Shown: piece by piece, positions 17,801 through 26,259 of the stretch | How positions within the stretch are numbered: the stretch's first letter is position 1 | Layout of the letters: each line of letters starts with the position of its first letter | Assembly (NCBI GenBank): GCA_963854955.1 | Contig: CAWLAZ010000001.1 | Coordinates: forward strand, 1 to 32,176 | DNA length: 32,176 nucleotides | Origin: Phycisphaerae bacterium | Lineage (GTDB): Bacteria > Planctomycetota > Phycisphaerae > Phycisphaerales > SM1A02 | Direction of reading: 5' to 3' | The notes under the pieces: generated by a model | What the model was told of the DNA's origin: nothing | The model's input: only the letters and a program-made list of their open reading frames with translations | The model's database searches: none | Translations under genes and position numbers: made by a program

Positions 17801-18447
17801 TGCGACAAAACGTACTTATGGCAGTAGCGGGTTTGGTAATGGGTTTTTCGATGCTTGGTTGTAACAACAACATAGAGAAGGAAAACGCTTTGCTTAAAAC
17901 AGAAAATGAAGAATTGCGTATGCAATATAAAGAATCATCTGCAGCACTTGAAGCAGCAGACGATGATTTAACTCGAACACGCGGTGAATACCGAACTGCG
18001 CAAGGCGAAATTGATGAGTTGCAAACAGCACTTGATACACGTCCCGAAACAATCAATGTGTTTGAGAGTATTTCAGGAGTTTCAGTTGAACTTCGTGATA
18101 AAGACCTTGCATTAACAGTTGCAAGTGATCTTCTTTTTAATTCTGGTAGTGCAACTTTGAAGAAGTCTGCGCAAGGCACACTTTCAAATGTAGCGACTGC
18201 TTTGAATGCAAGGTATCCAAACCAATCCATCGTGATTATGGGGTACACAGATACCGATAAAATTTCAAAAAGTAAATTTAAGAGCAATTGGCATCTCGCG
18301 TTTGATCGCGCGTGGTCTGTTCGTGACTTCCTTGTTACAAAGGGCGTGGATAAGAATCGAATTGCAATTGAGAGTTGGGGTCCGACAAAACCACTTGCCA
18401 CAAAATCCGCAAGTCGCCGAGTCGACATCGTCGTTGTCGAGGAATAA
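17797..18447 (+). CDS. OmpA/MotB-family peptidoglycan-binding lipoprotein with coiled-coil stalk (paralog of 5535-6371)
   Basis: A lipobox (GFSMLGC) and a heptad-rich stalk (ENALLKTENEELRMQYKE...) precede an OmpA-like domain (IMGYTDTD...NWHLAFDRAWSVRDFL...SRRVDIVV). Its start overlaps the peptidase stop as ATGA. Confidence 0.85.
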   Translation: MMRQNVLMAVAGLVMGFSMLGCNNNIEKENALLKTENEELRMQYKESSAALEAADDDLTRTRGEYRTAQGEIDELQTALDTRPETINVFESISGVSVELRDKDLALTVASDLLFNSGSATLKKSAQGTLSNVATALNARYPNQSIVIMGYTDTDKISKSKFKSNWHLAFDRAWSVRDFLVTKGVDKNRIAIESWGPTKPLATKSASRRVDIVVVEE

Positions 18448-18470
18448 GTTTTTACGATTAATCTTTAGAT

Positions 18471-18502
18471 GGTGAGCAGGCACTCCTGCTCACCTTTTTT
18501 TT
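18471..18502 (+). terminator. rho-independent terminator
   Basis: A perfect 10-bp stem GGTGAGCAGG / CCTGCTCACC with loop CACT is followed by T8. It lies 24 nt after the OmpA-lipoprotein stop. Confidence 0.85.
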
Positions 18503-18520
18503 ACCATTTTTTTACCCTTT

Positions 18521-18541
18521 TCAAAGTGACGGTCACTTTGA
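18521..18541. promoter_or_regulatory. perfect 10+1+10 palindrome, candidate operator
   Basis: TCAAAGTGAC-G-GTCACTTTGA is flanked by a T-rich tract upstream and an A-rich tract downstream. It lies 66 nt upstream of the rhomboid ATG. No U-tract follows it on either strand. Confidence 0.35.
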
Positions 18542-18607
18542 AAAAGAAAAAATTGGTAAAGGGGCATTTTGGGTGTGCGCGAGTGGTTTTGGTAAGATGC
18601 AAGGCGT

Positions 18608-19474
18608 ATGGGAATTCACGACAGAGATTATGCAAGGCCAAGCCAACAAGGCCGATTTGGGCGTGGCTTGCAACAAAATAAATGGTCTGTAAACACTTGG
18701 CTCATAGTGATTTGCGCGGCAGTGTATATGGTAGACCCATTTTTTAATTATTTTATGCGTGAGTGGCTGTATATGTCGACTGACCACGCGATTTGGGGTC
18801 TTCATTACTGGCGTTTTATTGGATTCCAATTTCTGCACGCTAATTTTCAACACCTTCTGTTTAACATGATCGGGCTCTTTTTCTTTGGTCCACTTGTTGA
18901 GCAGTATCTTGGCGGAAAACGCTACTTAGCCTTTTATCTTCTCTGCGGAATATTCGGCGCTATTTTATATTTGATATTAAATCTTGGTGGATATATGTTT
19001 GCCGAGGCAATTCCAGGTTTACTTTTTAACGATACGGCGACACCGTTGGTAGGCGCTTCTGCAGGTGTGTTCGGAGTTTTGTTAGCCGGCGCGTTTTTGG
19101 CACCAAACGTACGCGTGCTTCTTTTCTTTATTATTCCGATGCGATTGTCAACCATGGCTTACGGGTTAGTATTGCTTGCATTGTTTACGGTGTTCTTTGG
19201 TAGAGACAATGCCGGTGGAGAAGCAGCACACTTAGGCGGAGCCGCCGCTGGTTGGTATTTCATTCGAAACCCACATCACTTGAACGGCTTCTTTGATTTT
19301 CTTGGCAAAGCAGACCCAACATCAAAACATTTCGCACTTCGTGTTAACGGAACAAAGCAAGCAGACATCGACCGCATTCTTGATAAAATTCATAAGAAGG
19401 GCTTGAATAGTTTGAGCAATAAAGAGAAAAAAATATTGCACGATGCTTCAAGAAATGGTCGTGAGGATACGTAA
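18608..19474 (+). CDS. rhomboid family intramembrane serine protease
   Basis: Rhomboid motifs are present: FLHANFQHLLFNM (HxxxN), the catalytic Ser in GASAGVFGVL and the catalytic His in AHLGGAAAGW. A cytoplasmic C-terminal extension follows. Confidence 0.9.
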   Translation: MGIHDRDYARPSQQGRFGRGLQQNKWSVNTWLIVICAAVYMVDPFFNYFMREWLYMSTDHAIWGLHYWRFIGFQFLHANFQHLLFNMIGLFFFGPLVEQYLGGKRYLAFYLLCGIFGAILYLILNLGGYMFAEAIPGLLFNDTATPLVGASAGVFGVLLAGAFLAPNVRVLLFFIIPMRLSTMAYGLVLLALFTVFFGRDNAGGEAAHLGGAAAGWYFIRNPHHLNGFFDFLGKADPTSKHFALRVNGTKQADIDRILDKIHKKGLNSLSNKEKKILHDASRNGREDT

Positions 19475-20665
19475 TTGCCTTCCCCTTTGAATTTTACAAT
19501 ACACCATAAAAGCAAGGAAAATGCTGCGCGAACAGGCACGGTAACAACTCCACATGGCTCGTTTCGCACACCTGCGTTTATGCCTGTTGGCACGCGCGGA
19601 ACCGTGAAGGGTCTTACCCCCCAACAAGTTCGTGCAACTGGTTCTGACATTCTGTTGAACAACGCGTTTCATTTGATGCTTCGTCCAACAGATTTACGCA
19701 TTGCAAAATTTGGCGGAGTGCATAAATTCATGAACTGGAATCGCCCAATTCTTACGGACAGTGGCGGATACCAAGCGTGGTCAATGGCGGATATAAATAC
19801 GATCGATGAAGACGGCGTCACGTTTAAGTCTTTTATCGACGGCGCAACAGTTCGAATGACACCTGAAAGTTCCATTGAAGTGCAAAATAATCTTGGCGCA
19901 GACATCATCATGGCTTTTGATGATTGCCCTTCAAGTGTGGAACCGCAATCGCAGAGCTTAGCTCGAAGAAGGAACGCACTTACTTCGCGCGATGGCGTTT
20001 TAACTGAGAGTGAACACGAACTACGTTTATTGCAATCACTTGACCGAACTGCACGTTGGCTTGAGCGTTGCAACAATGCACACCAACGGAAGGATGTGCA
20101 AGCACTCTTTGGCATTGTGCAAGGTGGTTTGAACCTTGACTTTCGCGCTCGAAGTGTTGAGCAAGTCTGCAATGTTGATCTTCCGGGTTACGCCATTGGC
20201 GGTGTAGCAGTTGGCGAATCTCCAGAAAAAATTGTCGAAGTGGTAAAATTTACTGCGAAATTGCTTCCAGAAGAAAAACCTCGATATTTAATGGGCGTTG
20301 GCTATGAGCGAGATTTAGTCTCGGCTGTTGCCTCTGGGATGGACATGTTCGACTGCGTATTGCCCACTCGGAACGCGCGAAATGCTCACGCCTTCACGCG
20401 TAATGGTCCTTTAAATCTACGTAATGCCTGTTTTAGTGATGATTGTGGTGTCATTGAGCAAGGATGTACTTGTGCTTCTTGTGTCGGCGGAACGAGTCGG
20501 GCTTACCTTCGTCACCTCTTCAAGAGCAAGGAAATGCTTGCAGGCACTCTTTTAAGCATACATAACATTCATCACTTCCAGTCTTTGATGATAGACATAC
20601 GGCTCGCAATCGAAGATAATTCGTGGTCTGCACTTCCCGAACGCTGGCCGGTGCTTCTTCAGTAA
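19475..20665 (+). CDS. tgt: tRNA-guanine transglycosylase (queuine tRNA-ribosyltransferase)
   Basis: ARTGTVTTPHGSFRTPAFMPVGT, LTDSGGYQ and the zinc site CTCASC...H are present. It has a TTG start immediately after the rhomboid stop (TAATTG), with no in-frame ATG nearby. Confidence 0.93.
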   Translation: MPSPLNFTIHHKSKENAARTGTVTTPHGSFRTPAFMPVGTRGTVKGLTPQQVRATGSDILLNNAFHLMLRPTDLRIAKFGGVHKFMNWNRPILTDSGGYQAWSMADINTIDEDGVTFKSFIDGATVRMTPESSIEVQNNLGADIIMAFDDCPSSVEPQSQSLARRRNALTSRDGVLTESEHELRLLQSLDRTARWLERCNNAHQRKDVQALFGIVQGGLNLDFRARSVEQVCNVDLPGYAIGGVAVGESPEKIVEVVKFTAKLLPEEKPRYLMGVGYERDLVSAVASGMDMFDCVLPTRNARNAHAFTRNGPLNLRNACFSDDCGVIEQGCTCASCVGGTSRAYLRHLFKSKEMLAGTLLSIHNIHHFQSLMIDIRLAIEDNSWSALPERWPVLLQ

Positions 20666-20704
20666 CAAATACACATCTTTTTTACCCTTCAGGAACCAAG
20701 TCAC

Positions 20705-21115
20705 ATGACTTCACTATTTACAACAAACGAACAAATCGTAACACTTACACTCGGCCAATTTGGTGATGAGAATGCCCCAACAACAAACACTGGTGCAGAT
20801 GGTTCTCCAAATGGAGAGGGCGGCGGAGCTGCCTCCGGGCCTTTTGGCGATAACTTTTTCCCAATGCTCATGTTGCTTTTTGTAGGCATGATTGTGTTTA
20901 GCTTTTTCGGTGGACGTAAACAAAAGAAACGTCGAGCGTCCATGCTCGATTCACTCGCAAATCGTGACGAAGTACTGACACGCGGTGGTGTTTTTGGCAC
21001 CATCGTGGAAATTAAACCTGACCGTGTTGTGCTCAAAGTTGATGAGTCATCAAACACAAGAATCACTGTTCTTCGCGAGAGCATTGAACAAGTAACAGCC
21101 GATACTAGCAATTAA
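20705..21115 (+). CDS. yajC: preprotein translocase subunit YajC (N-terminally extended)
   Basis: A single TM helix and basic patch (LLFVGMIVFSFFGGRKQKKRR) are followed by the YajC core LTRGGVFGTIVEI...VVLKV. The gene sits between tgt and secDF, as in the canonical locus. Confidence 0.85.
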   Translation: MTSLFTTNEQIVTLTLGQFGDENAPTTNTGADGSPNGEGGGAASGPFGDNFFPMLMLLFVGMIVFSFFGGRKQKKRRASMLDSLANRDEVLTRGGVFGTIVEIKPDRVVLKVDESSNTRITVLRESIEQVTADTSN

Positions 21116-21175
21116 TCTTACAAAAACATACAAAGTTTTTTTCGTTCTCTGACCCCATTTTGGATCATTAAAGTT

Positions 21176-24100
21176 ATGCAGAATCTCCTCTGGAAGATCA
21201 TCCTTATCGTTCTCCTTCTCATCGGTTGCATTTTCGCAATCACACCGCCGGAGAAGAAAATCCGACTCGGCCGCGACCTCAGCGGCGGCGTCAGTTTGAT
21301 TTACTCCGTACGCATGGACGAAGGCGTCGATCGCCAATCAGTTCTATCGCAAACAATTGACGTGTTGAAAGAACGTGTTAACCCAGATGGTGTGTTTGAT
21401 ATTCAAATGACACCTCTTGGCACGGACCGAATTGAAGTTGTCATGCCTTTGGCAAGTTCGCAAGTGAAGGCACTAGCAAAAGTTTACCGTGGGCACCTTG
21501 ATTCATTGCTTGAAGGCGCGCAAGTTCGCCCCGGATCACTTGACCAAGCCCTTGATGATGGAATTGCGGTAGATGTGTACGGTAGCGGTGGACCAAGGGG
21601 TGCTTTAGTTACTGATTTGCAACGCATGTATAGTGACTTGCTGACGGCAAAGGCAAATCTTGAGGCAGATCCTGAAAACGGGGCGCTGGAACAACAGGTT
21701 GCAGATGCAGAAATTGATTATGAAGACACTCGTGAGCAATTGCTTTCGATAAGTTTAGACCGCAATGAGGTTGCACGTTTGTTGCAACTGTCTCCAATAG
21801 GCGAACCGCTTCGTGATGAAAACAACAGGGTGCTCCGTGATGAAAGCACAGACGAAGTGCTTCGTGATGTTGCTCCTCGTGATGTTGCGTTTATTCAATT
21901 AGAAAGTAGCTACCCACATCTTTCTGCAGAACTAACTGCACTTGTTGACACATTCAACGAGTACCAAGAACAGCGCACTGGCTTTGATGATCCTGAAGAT
22001 CTCATCCGAATGTTGCGTGGCGCGGGCGTGCTTGATTTTCGAATTGCTGTAAAAATAGGCAAGTCAGAAGGGCTCGACGTAGCCGACCTTCGTAATCAAC
22101 TCGCTGAAGTTGGGCCAGACAACACAGATTCACCGGTTGCTGGTTGGTATCAAATTAATAATTTAAAACAGTGGGTTGAAACACCAGAGCAACTTGTTGC
22201 GCTTAAGCAAAATCCACAAGCGTATTTAGCATCACGTTCGTTAGAAGCGGCTGAATATGATGGCTCAGTTTACTTGTTGCTGTACGACGATGACAATCGA
22301 AGCATGACGCACAAAAACGGAAACAAATGGTCCGTCACAAGTGCCTACCAAACATCAGACCAATTTGGTCGTCCAGCGATTGCCTTCCGTCTTGACGGGG
22401 CAGGCGGCGGAAAAATGGGACGAATGACTGGACCGCACGTGAACGAATCGATGGCTATTGTGCTTGATGGACAGGTATACACTGCGCCAAATCTAAATTC
22501 GCAAATTAACGGACAAGGTCAAATTACAGGTAGCTTTTCGCAAGAAGAAATCCAATATTTACTTCGTACACTTGCGGCGGGATCGCTTGAGGCAAGATTA
22601 AGTGCGGACCCTATTGCCGTGAACATCGTTGGCCCATCAATTGGTATTGACAACTTAAGTCGCGGTATGACGGCACTTGGTTGGTCCATCGTTGCTGTGA
22701 TGATTTTCATGTTGTTGTATTACATGTCAGCGGGGCTTATTGCTGACTTTGCACTGCTTGCAAACGGTTTACTTATCTTCGGAACTATGGCGCTTATTGA
22801 TGGCACGTTTACGCTTCCTGGTTTAGCGGGAGTCGTCTTGACAATGGGTATGGCAGTGGATGCAAATGTACTCATTTATGAACGTATTCGTGAAGAATTA
22901 AATGCCGGTGCGAAAGACCTACGCGAAGCAGTTCGCGAGGGATACAGCAAGGTGTATTCCACTATTATTGACGCGAACCTTACGAACTTGATTGTTTGTT
23001 TTGTGTTGTATCGAACAGCTACAACAGAAGTCAAAGGTTTTGCAGTTACTCTATCAATTGGTATTCTTGCGACACTCTTTACATCGCTTTTTGTGACGCG
23101 AGTAATCTTTAAAATATATACCGACGTTCTTGGCATTCGAAAGTTGCCCATGCTTCCTACAGTCGTGCCAGCAGTTGCTCGGTTCTTGCATCCTGCAGTT
23201 GACTGGGTGAGTATGCGGAAAATATTCTGGGTATTTAGTTTCGTTATTTGTGGCCTTTCTATCTTCCTGCTTCTTGATCGTGGCGTCACTATGCTCGACA
23301 CGGAATTCCGTGGCGGTGTTTCGATGACAATGCGAACACGCATGGTGGAAGGTGAACGCATCCTCCTTACGCACACAGGTGATGCATCAGTAGAAGCACG
23401 CGTACATGCAATTGGAGAATCTATAACAGGCGATTCGCAACGCGATAAAATCCTTGCTGAACTTGCAGGCGCGACGGTTCTTACAATTGGTGAAGGGCAA
23501 GTCGATGAAAAAGGTCGTGTGGTTGCCGATGGATTCCAGATAAAAGTTGCTAATCCTCCAGGTATTAAAGACGACGCTGTTGTGACTGAAACTATTGTCG
23601 AGGCAATCACTGCGGCGTTTGGCACAGACCTTGATGTTCCACCTTCGCTTTCATTCACAGGCGCAGGCACAATTTCTTATGAAAAATACACCCAGCAGAT
23701 TCCGCAAAATGCGACGACTGTTGGGCAACTTGTCGGTACGACCGCACGTGGTGATCTTTCCGATTACCGTGGCGGTGTTCTTGTACTGGTTGAAAACATT
23801 GAGCCAGAGGCGTCCATTGAAGACATAACAAAACGCATCGACCGAATGAGACAACAGCCAGAATATGCTCGTGATGCTGGTGGGCGGGAAGTTGAAGTGT
23901 TTGGCGTGAAGCGCGGAGAGGGTGATGGATACATTGCAATTGCAGTTGCGGTGTACGACCCTGATATGAACTACTTTAAGAATAATCCGGAAGTAGTTGA
24001 TGAACGTGTCGCTTCAAATGAATGGGGACTTGTTTCCACAGCGCTCTCGCAACCACAATCACTTGAACAAGTCAGTAGTTTTTCCTCGCAAATTGCTGAA

Positions 24101-24661
24101 ACAATGAAAGCGAACGCAATCGTTGCGGTCATTTTGTCCTTGCTCGGTATTCTTGCTTATATCTGGTTTAGATTTGGTTCCTTGCGCTATTCACTCGCAG
24201 CGATTGTTGCTTTGCTTCATGACGTGCTTGTGACATTAGGTGCGCTTGCGCTAGCAGGGTATGTTTCGCATATTGCGTTCTTCAGTCAGAACCTGAAGAT
24301 TGAAGCTTTCCAGATTGACCTTGGTGTTATCGCGGCGCTCTTGACAGTTATTGGTTACTCCTTGAACGACACAATTGTCATTCTGGATCGTATTCGTGAG
24401 AATCGTGGCAAACGACCTCTTCCAACACAGGAAATTGTGAACAATTCGATCAACCAAACCATCAGTCGTACGGTATTGACCTCTGTTACAACCCTTGTTG
24501 CTGTAATCATTATTTACTGGGCAGGTGGTGGTGGCATCAGGCCGTTTGCGTTTGCATTGCTCATTGGCATACTTGTGGGAACGTACAGTTCCGTTGCAAT
24601 CGCAGCGCCGCTTGTCTTCAAAGGTCACTCGCCTAAGAAAAATGCTCCAACAGAACTTTAG
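21176..24661 (+). CDS. secDF: fused protein translocase subunit SecDF
   Basis: The SecD TM block reads AVDANVLIYERIREE and the SecF TM block reads SLNDTIVILDRIRENRG. Twelve TM-like segments flank two large periplasmic domains. Total length is 1161 aa. Confidence 0.92.
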   Translation: MQNLLWKIILIVLLLIGCIFAITPPEKKIRLGRDLSGGVSLIYSVRMDEGVDRQSVLSQTIDVLKERVNPDGVFDIQMTPLGTDRIEVVMPLASSQVKALAKVYRGHLDSLLEGAQVRPGSLDQALDDGIAVDVYGSGGPRGALVTDLQRMYSDLLTAKANLEADPENGALEQQVADAEIDYEDTREQLLSISLDRNEVARLLQLSPIGEPLRDENNRVLRDESTDEVLRDVAPRDVAFIQLESSYPHLSAELTALVDTFNEYQEQRTGFDDPEDLIRMLRGAGVLDFRIAVKIGKSEGLDVADLRNQLAEVGPDNTDSPVAGWYQINNLKQWVETPEQLVALKQNPQAYLASRSLEAAEYDGSVYLLLYDDDNRSMTHKNGNKWSVTSAYQTSDQFGRPAIAFRLDGAGGGKMGRMTGPHVNESMAIVLDGQVYTAPNLNSQINGQGQITGSFSQEEIQYLLRTLAAGSLEARLSADPIAVNIVGPSIGIDNLSRGMTALGWSIVAVMIFMLLYYMSAGLIADFALLANGLLIFGTMALIDGTFTLPGLAGVVLTMGMAVDANVLIYERIREELNAGAKDLREAVREGYSKVYSTIIDANLTNLIVCFVLYRTATTEVKGFAVTLSIGILATLFTSLFVTRVIFKIYTDVLGIRKLPMLPTVVPAVARFLHPAVDWVSMRKIFWVFSFVICGLSIFLLLDRGVTMLDTEFRGGVSMTMRTRMVEGERILLTHTGDASVEARVHAIGESITGDSQRDKILAELAGATVLTIGEGQVDEKGRVVADGFQIKVANPPGIKDDAVVTETIVEAITAAFGTDLDVPPSLSFTGAGTISYEKYTQQIPQNATTVGQLVGTTARGDLSDYRGGVLVLVENIEPEASIEDITKRIDRMRQQPEYARDAGGREVEVFGVKRGEGDGYIAIAVAVYDPDMNYFKNNPEVVDERVASNEWGLVSTALSQPQSLEQVSSFSSQIAETMKANAIVAVILSLLGILAYIWFRFGSLRYSLAAIVALLHDVLVTLGALALAGYVSHIAFFSQNLKIEAFQIDLGVIAALLTVIGYSLNDTIVILDRIRENRGKRPLPTQEIVNNSINQTISRTVLTSVTTLVAVIIIYWAGGGGIRPFAFALLIGILVGTYSSVAIAAPLVFKGHSPKKNAPTEL

Positions 24662-24736
24662 GAAAAACGTTCAAATTTCAAGAAAATAGTGAGTAACGTC
24701 CGAACATATATATAGTGCCAAGGAGGGCACCAATTT

Positions 24737-25429
24737 ATGTCTGGAACAAGTAAAACTATCGTTTCAATCTGTGTCCTTCTTCTTGCTTCACTCGTGCTTT
24801 ACTACGGGATGACCCCGCCTCAATCAAGTGAAGCCGAGCAAGTAGATATTCCTCGCGCGACTATGTTCGGTGGAGATGCAGAAAAAAAATTAGCTCAGCT
24901 TGGGTTTCCGCCGCTTGCGGTTGAACTTGCTCAAAAGCGAGATGTGACAATTATCGTTCCTGCGCCTGTTATGCCCGTGTATGAACCAGTCGTTGTTGAA
25001 GAAATAGTGGTTGTTGTTGAAACGAAAAAGCCTGAACCTATTGTGCTTAAAGAAACAATTGTTACAACATACACAGTCAAAGTTGGCGAAACTTTGGGAA
25101 AAATCGCCTCGCGCGAACTAGGTAGTTTTAGAAAATGGCGCGATATTGCATCGCTCAACGGAATCGATGACCCTGCGATGATAATGCCGGGCCGCACGCT
25201 TCGTATGCCAGCAAAAGTAACTGCGAAAAAGCTAGAAACAGCACCAAAGTCCGTTCCTGTAACTATTGACGGCAAAACGCACCAAGTTATTGAAGGTGAA
25301 ACGTTTAGTTCCATTGCGGGCGATTACTACGACGATGTAAACAAGTACCAAGTGATTGTTGATGCGAATCCAAATGTGAATCCATCCCGATTGCAAATCG
25401 GCATGGTGCTTGTAATTCCAACGCGATAA
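24737..25429 (+). CDS. membrane-anchored protein with two LysM peptidoglycan-binding domains
   Basis: An N-terminal TM anchor is followed by two LysM repeats (YTVKVGETLGKIA...MPGRTLRMP and HQVIEGETFSSIA...QIGMVLVIP). AAGGAGG lies about 9 nt upstream of the ATG. Confidence 0.85.
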   Translation: MSGTSKTIVSICVLLLASLVLYYGMTPPQSSEAEQVDIPRATMFGGDAEKKLAQLGFPPLAVELAQKRDVTIIVPAPVMPVYEPVVVEEIVVVVETKKPEPIVLKETIVTTYTVKVGETLGKIASRELGSFRKWRDIASLNGIDDPAMIMPGRTLRMPAKVTAKKLETAPKSVPVTIDGKTHQVIEGETFSSIAGDYYDDVNKYQVIVDANPNVNPSRLQIGMVLVIPTR

Positions 25430-25434
25430 CATTC

Positions 25435-26259
25435 ATGCGATGTGCTGATTGGAACATTGCGGGGGCACGCGGGGAAATGATACACGGCACCACGCATTTT
25501 CCAGATGGCGATGCCGTTGGGGTACTACTATTAGGGCATGGTTTCTTAGGGTATAAAGATTACGGTATGTTTCCTTGGTTGGCTGAGCAGTTAGCAAAAC
25601 TTGGGTGGATAGCGCATAGGTTTAATTTTTCGCACTCTGGTATGCTCGAAGGTAAAGAAGCATTCGTTCGACCCGACTTGTTTGAACAGGCAACATGGAA
25701 TACACAGGTTGAAGATATTGAGATTCTTTGTACACATTTCAAGGAAGAAAATGTCCCCAACATCCTGTTTGGTCATTCGCGAGGGGGGCTTGCAGCGCTT
25801 CTCGCCATGGGCAGAGGGGGTATTGATGTCGATGGAGTAATTTCTTTATCGGCGCCATCTGAGTGCAATTCGCTTACAGATACGATATCTGTTGAGATGC
25901 GTTCAGTTGGGTACATAGAACGAGCATCTTCGAGGACCAATCAAACGCTTCGGATTGGTCGCGTCTTTCTTGACGAGCAACTCGCTGATCCAGATGGTCA
26001 TGATTTACTCCGTGCAGTGGCTTCTATTCAAACCAAGGTGCTCATCATCCATGGTGAAGATGACCCAACGGTACCTATTGATTGCGCAGAACAAATTTGT
26101 GCACATGCACAATGTCCTACGTTTGCGCGTATTCAGGGCGGAGATCACATACTCAATACTCCAAATCCATTTCCCCTTGACGGCTCGCCTTCGCCCCAGC
26201 TTAAATCCGCCATGTACGCTATGCAGCAATTTCTACAAAATTTCGTATCGAAGCCCTAA
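25435..26259 (+). CDS. alpha/beta-fold hydrolase
   Basis: It has the nucleophile elbow GHSRGG, an acid residue in HGEDDPTVP and a His in GGDHILN. It starts 5 nt after the LysM gene. Confidence 0.75.
   Translation: MRCADWNIAGARGEMIHGTTHFPDGDAVGVLLLGHGFLGYKDYGMFPWLAEQLAKLGWIAHRFNFSHSGMLEGKEAFVRPDLFEQATWNTQVEDIEILCTHFKEENVPNILFGHSRGGLAALLAMGRGGIDVDGVISLSAPSECNSLTDTISVEMRSVGYIERASSRTNQTLRIGRVFLDEQLADPDGHDLLRAVASIQTKVLIIHGEDDPTVPIDCAEQICAHAQCPTFARIQGGDHILNTPNPFPLDGSPSPQLKSAMYAMQQFLQNFVSKP

Noticed and set aside
21806-21890. An imperfect tandem repeat of CTYCGTGATG units inside secDF, at 21809, 21832, 21859 and 21875.
   Set aside because: It is fully explained as coding for a reiterated (P/V)LRD(E/V) peptide motif in a periplasmic insertion of SecD. 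It is in frame and has no independent DNA-level signal.
24715-24730. A small stem, GTGCC/GGCAC, enclosing the AAGGAG Shine-Dalgarno of the LysM gene. It could be a translational control hairpin.
   Set aside because: The stem is only 5 bp and leaves the SD in the loop rather than paired. It is too weak to claim regulation.
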